DNA of 64,000 nucleotides, from contig OX597815.1 of assembly GCA_951406725.2 (NCBI GenBank), positions 41,726,001 to 41,790,000 on the forward strand, written 5' to 3'. The notes below the pieces were generated by a model. It ran no database searches, had not been told where the DNA came from, and saw only the letters and a program-made list of their open reading frames with translations. This document shows positions 53,050 to 64,000 of this stretch, one piece after another (within the stretch, counting starts at the first letter, position 1; each line of letters opens with the position of its first letter). Position numbers and translations under genes: made by a program. Source of the DNA: Octopus vulgaris (lineage: Eukaryota).

Positions 53050-54093
53050 CATACTCACCAAAACAAACATACACACAAAACAATGCAAACCTCCGACGCA
53101 ACCACACACACATACACAATATTCCCACACTAGAGCACAAACCCACACACATTCCAAGAAAAAACACATACATATATACACTTGCAATATGATTCTAGAA
53201 ACCATAGCCAACACATGTACACACATATGTAAACATGTACATGCACACACCTACACACACCCCAACAATTATAAATCACATTCACACAAACACACCCACA
53301 CAACTACAATACAACCCACACAAACACACACACAATACGCCCGTACCCAGTAATAAAATCACACATACCCACAATACAATCCCAACAACCACAACAAACA
53401 CACAATGACACACACCTCCCCGACAAATACAAGACACACTCACACAAACATACATATGCACCCTCACACACACACCACAAGGAGAATTAAAACACAAACA
53501 TACTCAGACAGGCACAACTCACACTCACGTACACACACATAACATCCCCACCAACACAAAACACACAAACATACACGCATGCACACATACATACACATAC
53601 ATGAACACATATACACACATACATGTGCACACACAACACCCTGACAAATACCAATCACACACATACACACAACACCAGGACAATCATAACACAAACATAC
53701 TCAGACAGACACACACACACACACACTCACGTACACACACACTCACATAACATCCCCACCAACACAAAAAGCACACAAGCATACACATATACATACACGC
53801 GAACAAACATACACACACAACACCTTAACAAATATTAATCACACACATACACACACAAATATGCACACATATACACACACCATCGTACCAAATATAAAAC
53901 ACACACAGACACATTTACACACACCACAACAAACTCTGGAACCAATCAAAAACAGACCCCACATACAGACATGTATATATACACACAACCACATAGAGAT
54001 GTACACAGAGACACTCACACCATTCTGACCCCCAAGACCAGTCCCCAAAACCACTGAACCATGACAGACTAGCCCAGAAACAAAAAAATCCTT

Positions 54094-54290
54094 TCAATTC
54101 CACATTTCGCTTATATAATTCTCCTTGCATGTGGGGCAGGTTATGCAGTATATTACATTCTGCAGCTTACAATTGATGTCTGCATTTACTTTGAATATGT
54201 GACCACTCTTAAATATTATTTGTTTGTTTCCCTCCATATATTTGTAGATGGCTGAAAATATTTCTGTAATGATTTGTACTGGATGAAGGA
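54094..54290 (-). pseudogene. Penelope-like GIY-YIG N-terminal remnant
   Basis: FKVNADINCKLQNVIYCITCPTCKENYISE. Confidence 0.72.
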
Positions 54291-54427
54291 CCAATTTTGT
54301 AAAGTAAATTGTATTAAACACACACGCACACACACAGAGTACTATACATATGTACATATACATAAATAGAAACAATCTTACATCCAGATTCTCCAACCCA
54401 TACAAGCAGGGGAATCAAATATTGGAT

Positions 54428-54812
54428 TGAAAGAACTGAACTGCGGTATAGATGTCAACACAATTTTTTCTTCTTCCTCTCTTCTCTTTTCCATTGACAC
54501 TCCTTTCAGATATACAGGCACCCACACACACACACACACCCACACACACACACACTCTCTCTCTCTCTCTCTCTCTCAGTGGACAATGATGAAAAGAAAT
54601 CCAGACAATTTTTTTTGAAAAAAAGAGACCCCTTGGAGTAGCCACCTGGTTTTACCATTTTTAAAGGACAAGAATCACTTTCTATTGAAAGAACTAACCA
54701 GCTGCAAAGATGTCAACACATTTTTTTCTTCTTTCTCACTTCCTTCTTTCTTTCACTCTCATTTCCATTGACACTTCTTTCAGATACACAGGCACCCCCC
54801 CACACACACACA
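54428..54812 (+). repeat. Degenerate direct duplication, period ~257 bp
   Basis: TTGAAAGAACT...AGATGTCAACACA...CCATTGACACT..TTTCAGATA.ACAGGCACCC at 54428 and 54685. Confidence 0.7.
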
Positions 54813-54923
54813 AGCGCAAGTATATGATTTATAAAAACATGTGACATATTCATAAATATCTGTAAATATAAAACCATCCAGATTTCTGAGTACCTTATTT
54901 CTTCTAATATATATACATATATA

Positions 54924-54972
<49 letters not shown>

Positions 54973-54998
54973 ATATATATATGTATATATATGTGTGC

Positions 54999-55030
<32 letters not shown>

Positions 55031-55692
55031 ATAAATATATATATATATATATAACAGGAAGGTTTACGAAAATAAACAAAAGACGAAGGCAGGTGGAGTA
55101 CAAACAAACAAATAGGAATAGAAATAGGACAAGTCTTTTATGTTTTGAGCCTACAGAAAGATACACAGAAAAGAAACAAGGAGAGAAAAAAATGCGTGTA
55201 GGAGCTAACGGTCTATCATGGCATTCTGACTTCAGGCAGAGGTCAGAGGTCATGGTACTGTAGTACTATTGTGGTCCTTGGTTTTGCTACTATATTGCTA
55301 ATAATGGGATCTATATATTGTTTTACTAGTATTAGTGTTATTAATAATAAGAATAATGATATTGGTAGCATTAGTGGTAATGATGTTAACATTAATGACA
55401 TTTTGTAAATTAATATGAATTAATATAATGTACTCTTGATTCTGTATATCTGCATTTGGGTATTAATATGTGTATGTTTTCTACATTGTAATATCACAAT
55501 ATTAGGTTGAAAAACTGTAACATTGAATATGGAACATATGTATGTTTATTGATTTATATTATTTATATTATTATGTACATGTATATGTATATGAGTATGA
55601 GTATATGCACTCATATGTATATGTATATGATTTATTATGGGTATGTACCCACACTTATATAAGTGTATATGTAATTTGGTTTGTATTTCATA

Positions 55693-55819
55693 ATCTCCGA
55701 AGAGGCCTTGGGATATTTTTGTAAATGTCTCATTTATAACTACATATTGACCTACCACAAATGGCTAATATAAGTAAAATGAGACATACTTATCTGCATG
55801 GCCGAAACAGCTGTAAGAT
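55693..55819 (+). ncRNA. Type-I hammerhead ribozyme-like motif with extended stem II
   Basis: Stem I ATCT/AGAT; core CCGAAGA; stem II GGCC/GGCC extended by GGATA/TATCT and ATGTCTCATTT/AAATGAGACAT; GAAA; stem III AC-AGCT-GT; cleavage triplet GUA at 55813-55815. Confidence 0.6.
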
Positions 55820-56394
55820 GTAGTTTATATTTATATTCTCTTATACATATTGTACTTATTGTATCATATTACTCCTTTATGTACACTGTTGTGTTCTATA
55901 TTATTATGTTTGACCTTAAAGTTTCTTATGTGGTGGTTTAATAAAGTATGTGATTGGGTATTATCTGGTAGTTGATATTTGATTTGGATGTATTTCTCCA
56001 TTTTCTTATTTTGTATTATGAATTTGTGGTAAAACATTTTACCTTTGCCCATATAATACAGTAAATGAATTAATTGCATCACAATTCTTAACATTTATGT
56101 ATTAACTTTGTTGGGTACTTCACTAGCAGTATATTGGATATATGTTATCCCATGGAGGGTTGCATTTACAACACCTATCTCAATTTGTATATATATATAT
56201 AGGGAGAATTTACGAAAAAAACAAAAGACGAAGACAGGTGGTGTACAAAACAAACAGATGTATTAATATAACGCTCAGGATTAGAAAAAAGTCTTTTACG
56301 TTTCGAGCCTACGCTCTTCTACAGAAAGGGACACAGAAAAAAACAAGGAGAGAGAAAAATGTGTGTAGTGGCTAACGATCATGGATATATAAAT

Positions 56395-56637
56395 ACGTGT
56401 GTGTGTGTGTGTGTGTGTGTAAGTATTGATGTGTGTGTTTATCCCCCGCCATCGCTTGACAACCGATGCTGGTGTGTTTATGTCCCCGTAACTCAGTGGT
56501 TCGGCAAAAGAGACCGATAAAATAAGTACTAGGCTTACAAAGAATAAGTCCTGGGGTCGATTTCTTGGACTAACACACTTTCAGGCGGCGCTCCAGCATG
56601 GCCGCAGTCAAACGAGTGAAGCAAGTAAAAGAATAAA
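56395..56637 (+). mobile_element. Family-A SINE 3' half
   Basis: (TG)n followed by CCATCGCTTGACAACCGATGCTGGTGTG...GTAAAAGAATAAA. Confidence 0.75.
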
Positions 56638-57709
56638 TGTGCTTCAAGTTGTGTAGGGAATCATATCAGTGATGGAAACTGGGCTTTAGTAAGTAGCGGT
56701 GTGCAAGGAGTACCATGAGGGTGAAGTTGGGGACAAAAACGAGGGGAGTTAGACGTGAACTGAGAAGTAGAGGAATGCCACCCACTGCGTACGCCTCCGT
56801 TTCCAGATAATTTGCTTGTTCATGGGAAGTAGAAACGATGGAAGAAACACAAAGTAGTAGGTGAAGCGTGTTAGTAAATGTTAGTAAGTGAACTTCTGTT
56901 TGTGTGTGCATATGTATGTGAAAGAGGAGAGAAAGAGAGAGATGTAAGTGTTGAATGAGTTGAGATAAACAGCTGGTTGCTCTCGTCAACAGGGCGAAAA
57001 TGCGCATCATTGATCAATAAGAAATACTATTAATCACTTGCCCCAAAACAACAAGCAAATAATGCTCAAATATGTCGTTACAAAAAGATAAATAAATATG
57101 TCAAAGCTACTGGATCAAAACAACGATAAAATAAATAAAATACAATAAAGAAAGTACAACAGCTGCCAGTTATAAATATTATGAGGTCATCCAACGATAT
57201 TAAACGGTTACTATAACAACTGTGTTAATAACCGTTTCTCAATATTTTGTGATAAAATGCTGGGTGCAATCATGTAGAAGTTACTTTGCTATATATAATG
57301 AAATCTTCTAAATTGATCATCTAAAAATTATTAAGCCCTGCTAATACAAACTGCCATCCTCTCTTTCTCAGCATATCCTTTTTTCTTCCCTATTATCAGT
57401 CTTTCGTTCTTCAAAATTTTTAACTTAATCCCCGATCTATTCTAGATCGATGCCACGTTCGTAGCAACACGTTGAGCAAACGTTCAGAAGTAGTTTACTT
57501 ACGAAGTAAATAAACAAGGTACAAAGTATTTCACACGCAATCTTATTTTATATTTATAAATAAATAAATGGGATAAAATAATTCAACTGAATCTTTAATT
57601 AATTTATTCGGATGCATCAGCACCTGGTTATGAGAGATTTTCTTTAGGGTATTAAGTTGAAGAAGATAATTAAATTCTACATAAACATACATATACACAC
57701 ACATGAACA

Positions 57710-58460
<751 letters not shown>

Positions 58461-59228
58461 AACTACACAGACATCACAGATAATTAAAAATACAGAACTC
58501 TACATATGGAAGAAAAAACATAACATAACATCACATTCAAACGTCTCTACAGAGATCAAATGATATTGAACCTTTTACACAAAGAACTTGTTTATTGGAT
58601 TTTCAATAAATGACTAGGGCAAAACGGGAATTTCGAATACAACAAAACTTTTCAAAAGATTTTAACATAAGATTAAGTTACCATTACAATTTCATAACAA
58701 ACTTTAAATACGAGAGTTTTTGACCAATTATCAAAACCAGAAAAAAGAAATCATTGAATAAATAACATCGGAAATTACAAAATTGAACTTTTGGTAATAA
58801 CCTGTAATAACTTCATAATAACAGTGTGGTTGGGGGCAAAAGCAAAAAAGAAAAAGATACTAAATATCCTAAAATCATATTTAAAATCTTCTCCAGACAA
58901 TCTAGAAATGATTTATATTTATATTAACATTCCCCCCCAACCTTTCATATGAAGTTATGTTTAGCTAGTTGTTTTCTTTTGCTTCAAAAGTGCGTGTGTA
59001 TACTACTCTGTTGATATACGAAGTCCAGTAACGTAAAAGTATAAACTGAATAAAAAGAAAACAATTTTAAAAAATGTTAATTATATAACAACCATATGTA
59101 CAAGCCAGTGTTAGTGAAGACTTTGAAGCTAGATTAAGTGAGAGGTCTACATCAATTGTAGATATATTTTGAATGATTGTTTGAAAACTTTTGTGAACTC
59201 GCTCTCTTTTACATACATACACACACAG

Positions 59229-59362
<134 letters not shown>

Positions 59363-59571
59363 GTGTAACAAATTGTATATTTAAGAGTTTTAAATATGAT
59401 GAAAAATTAAGTACGTTTCTGTTATGACAAACCCATTGTTTGCTAACCGTCACATTCTCAGATAAAATGTCACACTCGGAAACCTGACAGTCTCATTTTT
59501 AAAGTTCACAAGGGAAAGGCAGTTTAGAAATTTAGAGAGAACGTTTGCGAAGAAACTTATTATCTATCTAC

Positions 59572-59659
59572 CTGAGCTCCATCTCGTGAGAGAAGAGGCA
59601 CTACGGCGACTTCTTCGTAATGTTCCCAGCTTCGACGACATGTAACGCTGGAAAGACAT
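59572..59659 (-). CDS. Probable first coding exon of the TRIM gene (MSFQRYMSSKLGTLRRSRRSASSLTRWSS-)
   Basis: ATG at 59659, 88 nt ending CAG|GTAGAT in phase 1, matching the phase-1 acceptor at 40180 (G|AG = Glu); lies in a CpG-rich unique patch; joined ORF is 385 aa. Confidence 0.7.
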
Positions 59660-60456
59660 GTTGACATCGGTTCGAGTTTTATTTAATTGATATAAAAGTA
59701 GTTTTTCTCACAACCTGGTGGCAGATTTAAACTCAGGCTGTTAACACTCAGACCGCGCCCAATATTAGTCAAATGAGGTAGTTCACAGGGTTTGTCATAC
59801 AAAAAATGAGGATGTTACACATATTCTTTTATGCTTTTTCGTGTTGAAACAAGCCATTAGATTGCGGCCACGCTGGGGCAAACTTTGAAGGGTTTAGTCA
59901 ATCAAATCGCTCGCATTACTTATTTCACTGAAGTCTGATACTTATCTGTTGGTGCGCTTTACGAAACGGCTAAGATACGGGGGATATGAAGCAATACTGG
60001 TCGTCAAACGTCGGAGGTGGAGTCGGACAAACCCATGTGTGTGGGTGGGCGTACAGTATCTGCTCTCCAAATTAACACACGAAGCACTGGTCTGTTCGGG
60101 ACAATAGTAGAAGACACTCGTTCGACATGCTGCGTCGTGGAGCTGAACCCAAAACCACAGAATTGCTACATGAATTTCTTAATCACACAGCTGTGTGTGT
60201 GTGGGTGTCATACGCGGTAGCTATATAAACAGGGTAAATTTAACTATTTCTCTTTAAATTGAAAAAAAAAACACGAACAGCTTTAATCGATTTTCGAACA
60301 ATATTGAGTTCTCATTAGAAGTATCTACATTACTTAAGCTATCCTAGAGAAACAGGTGGCCAATGTTAATATATTCCAGATATATAAATATATAAATAAG
60401 AAAATGGAGAAACAAATTCCTTTCGATTATCAATTTACGGATATTACAATTTCACA

Positions 60457-60805
60457 TTATTAATTATACAAATGGGAACATCAAAACAATATACATCAAT
60501 ATGTAATATAATAATAAAAAATAAAATAATACAAATAAACTGCTCCTTACAGCTGTTTCAGCCTGTGGTCAAGAGTCAGTTCAACTTAAATTGCCTATAT
60601 TATTGGTTATTTAAACATACAAATATAATTTTTAATGCCTAGGACTATATTATAATGGCATCTATAGGCAATTTAAGTTGAATTGACTCTTGACCATAGG
60701 CTGAAACAGCTGTAAGGAGCAGTTTATTTGTATTATTTTATTTATTATTATTATATTACATATTGATGTATATCGTTTTGATGTTCCCATTTGTATAATT
60801 AATAA
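60457..60805. repeat. 143-bp near-perfect inverted repeat (63-bp spacer) carrying hammerhead 3' halves
   Basis: Arms 60457-60599 and 60663-60805; GGCT-GAAAC-AGCT-GTA in each arm. Confidence 0.85.
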
Positions 60806-60806
60806 A

Positions 60807-61104
60807 TGGCCGTTCGCCAGCCTCATCTGGCACCTGTGTCGGTGGCACATAAAAACACCATCCGAGCGTGCTGTGTCGGTGGCACATAAAAAACACCATC
60901 TGAGCGTGGCCGTTCGCCAGCCTCGTCTGGCACCTGTGTCGGTGGCACATAAAATCACCCACTACACTCTCGGAGTGGTTGGCGTTAGGAAGATAAGACT
61001 GGAGCCTGGTGCAGCCTTCTGGCTTCCCAGACCCCAGTTGAACCGTCCAACCCATGCTAGCATGGAGAACGGACGTTAAACGATGATGATGATGATGATG
61101 ATGA
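60807..61104 (+). mobile_element. RTE-tail SINE/LINE end with internal tandem subrepeats
   Basis: GGCCGTTCGCCAGCCTC.TCTGGCACCTGTGTCGGTGGCACATAAAA twice; (GAT)n tail. Confidence 0.75.
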
Positions 61105-61409
61105 TATATAATTTTAAAATTGCATTATTTCAGTCACACACAAATAGAAGCGCTTGGCATAGTATGAATACTCAAAAATGGTGAACCCTTTTCATGTTTA
61201 ATTAGCAAGTTTTAATCTAGAGCTTTTGCTTGAAATTATATTTGCCTATATTTTTATTGTAATGCAGATGTAGGTCTAAAGTTGAATTTTTCCAGTTTTT
61301 TATGTATGAAGCTTTTGAGACTGCTTCATTTTTGTAACTTAGGAACTTACATTTTACCTTATATAGTTTCTTGTATTCCAAACTCATAAAACAAGTGTGT
61401 TTTACGCAA

Positions 61410-63380
61410 CAAGAGATCTGGGGTGGACAACTGTTTATATTTTGCTGATTAGTGCTTTGATAAAAAGACGTTTATTTAGCTCAACACATGAGCATGCACC
61501 ATAAAACTGACCGTGAAAAAACCTAGACTTGTTCAACTTAAGCAACCCCCAACAGATTCCTAAGACTTGCTGATGGACATAGAAAAAAAAACAATGTCAC
61601 TAGAAACTGAAGTTGTAAATTGGATAGTTGGCAGCATTGTTAACATCAACTACAGAATGAACTGACTTATTCCATCTGGATTGAGCTGGTATTATTTGCA
61701 TGAAGGTGCCAATAATATCCTGAACACAGTCATCTTTGTTAGCAAGAATGGTACATTCAAAAAGCAAGGCATAGTTTCTATAACTCTATTAGAGGCTGGC
61801 AAAAACTCTCAGCATTTTGTGAAATATGTTGACTCTTTTACTCTTTTATTTGTTTCAGTCATTTGACTGTGGCCATGCTGGAGCACCGCCTTTAGTCGAG
61901 CAACTCGACCCCCAGACTTATTATTCTTTGGAAGCCTAGTACTTATTCTGTTGGTCTCTTTTGCTGAACCACTAAGATACAAGGGTGTAAACACACCACC
62001 ATCGGTTGTCAAGTGATGTTGGGGGGACAAACACAGACAGTTTCCGTCTACCAAATCCACTCACAAGGCTTTGGTCGGCCCGAGGCTATAGTAGAAGACA
62101 CTTTCCCAAGTTCCCACACAGTGGGAATGAACCCAGAACCATGTGGTTGGTAAGCAAGCTACTTACCACACAGCCACTCCTATGCCTATTTTTTTTTGTA
62201 TTGTGTCATCTCCAGTCATGTCAATGGATAGCTAACCATATTTCCCATGTGAAAGAAAACTTTTGCAAATTAAGCTGCCAAGACATCACTGCTATGTGCA
62301 TCTTTTGTGTTGGTAGTAAGATGAAGTTTTTTTTTTCTGTCATTTCCAAAATCAGGGTTCTTTGAGGCATGCTTTCAACACATCAACAAGCATACCTTTT
62401 TGGAAGACTGGCAGTTTGTTTGAAATCATCAGAGCAAGACTGCAACTCCACCTATGATATTGGTGTTACTTCTGACTTATTCTAACATGATCAAAAGCTT
62501 CAAATAGAAGTTTGTGGGACATTGTGCACTCATTTCATACTTTTAGCTTGGCCTGCTCCAGAATCTTTGCTTCTCTAGATCCTTTGCCAATGCTGCACAC
62601 AGGATAGACATTATGTATAAGGTTAAGTGGTTGTTTAAAAGTAGAATAAACAGTCTCATCTGTGAGCCAAACTACAGCATTTCCAGATGAAATCACTACA
62701 ATAGCAATCTACTGAAGTGAACAAACTTTTTACCAAAATTAGGTTGGTCAAAAAAGTTTTGCTTGAGCCATTACAAGCATCAAAGAAAGTTTTTCCTTTT
62801 GAGTCAGATGTCACCACTAGTTTGATCTGTGTATAAGCATTCTTTTATCCAGAACCAGCAGTGATTAATTTTGATAGCCATACTGTTCAGGTTCTTGGAT
62901 GTCATAGCTGGTTGCCTGAAGAATCTCTCATCTGAAAACTGCAGCTGGAAGTCATACTGGAGCTGCCAGTCCTTACTGTTCAAGATATTTACCAGCCAAG
63001 GACTGTAAGTGTTTCCAATTAAGCTCAGCACATTACTATTGTAATGCTTGATGCTGTTAGTCTTCTGTCACACTATCCTGATGATAAAGACAAAGTCCCA
63101 GAGGGTTCCAGGCACAGAAAATAAATAGCACAAAGGCACCCCTTCTTTTAGAGAGTACAAGACTGCAAGCATCTTTCAAGATACTTTTTCAATTTGCAAT
63201 ATCTCCCAAGAGGAATCTTCTCTGGCAAACTTCATGGAGTCTTGTACAGACATATCAAGTAACTTGAATGAAGTCAGACTATGAACATTGTGCACAAGCT
63301 GTTTGAGATTAAATATGATACTAAAATTCCTCCTTTAAAAAGATCATATCTTTGAAAAGTTGGTACATGGTTGCAAATAC
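61410..63380 (-). pseudogene. Helitron Rep-Hel remnant (linker plus PIF1-like helicase), interrupted by a SINE
   Basis: Minus-strand fragments TFFDACNGSSKTFLTNLIL (motif I), IAIVVISSGNA...TVYSTFKQPL, AKLKV*NECTMSHK (II), GGVAVLL..DDFKQ.LPV (III), LHLTTN, SMSISKS, FHGQFYGACS (VI). Confidence 0.8.
61832..62186 (-). mobile_element. Family-A SINE inserted in the Helitron remnant
   Basis: Homologous to 8015-8414; microsatellite segment deleted. Confidence 0.85.
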
Positions 63381-64000
63381 CATAGTAAATAATTTATTCT
63401 TTCATTGTTTCACATTTAAATTTGATCACACTTTTAAAATATTCTGGTATTCTGCTCTATGAAGTGAGCTGTTGATTTTATATATTTTAAATATATTCAA
63501 CCACTGTTAAAATTAAATCCAATTTATAGAGCAAATAAACCTGAATATTTTAGAATAATAAACAAATTTCAATGTGAAATAATTATTTAAATTGTTATTC
63601 TATCTTTGGTGGTATTTGAAATCATGCACTAACATTTCGATATGACATTTAAATGTGGAAATTTTAGAATGACAGCACTGCAAATGCATTATACTGTAAA
63701 TACAAACATAAATACACACACACACACACATAAATACAAACAAACAAACATCAGTTAATGTCTATGTTCAATGCTAGAATGAGTTGAACATACATATATG
63801 AAACATTTCATAATATGCTGTAGTGAATAACTTTGTTTTATTAGACACTAAAGAAAGGACAATAATACTACAGAATTTCAAGGAAATCAACGTCTGGTAT
63901 TTTTATAAGATAAACTATTAATATAACAACAGGAAGAACAACTGCAAAAATAGAATTTTGAAATATAATAAAAACAATAACTATAAAAGATAATGACATA

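Noticed and set aside
53050-54050. Cys/Val-rich or Thr/His-rich ORFs
   Set aside because: Translations of degenerate (CA)n low-complexity DNA
56666-57010. 114-aa minus-strand ORF
   Set aside because: No recognisable motif or splice support; includes simple repeats
60807-60960. CRISPR-like repeat array
   Set aside because: Tandem subrepeats of a retroelement tail, no unique spacers, eukaryotic context

Overview
AT-rich, repeat-dense animal genomic DNA. The SINE/LINE repertoire and (TA)n/(CA)n/(CTAT)n microsatellites suggest an octopus or other coleoid cephalopod (inference). Three host genes are readable: (1) the 5' end of EFL1 (ribosome-maturation GTPase; minus strand, three coding exons, continuing off the left edge); (2) a DNAL4-like axonemal dynein light chain with an intronless CDS (+); (3) a RING/B-box/coiled-coil TRIM gene (-) whose short first coding exon (59572-59659) lies 19.4 kb upstream of its main exon. 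The rest is mostly decayed mobile DNA: several modular tRNA-derived SINE families, CR1 and RTE LINE pieces, Gypsy remnants, nested hAT elements, a Merlin-like remnant, MULE-, Tc2- and piggyBac-like MITEs, a Helitron helicase remnant and Penelope-like GIY-YIG remnants. The most unusual signals are several hammerhead-ribozyme-like motifs, one with a ~95-nt hairpin inserted in stem II and one inside a palindrome with TA-flanked mariner-like ends, and TTAGGG tracts inside two MITEs with dissimilar TIRs. Repeat boundaries are approximate unless a TSD is quoted. All calls were made by eye without database searches.
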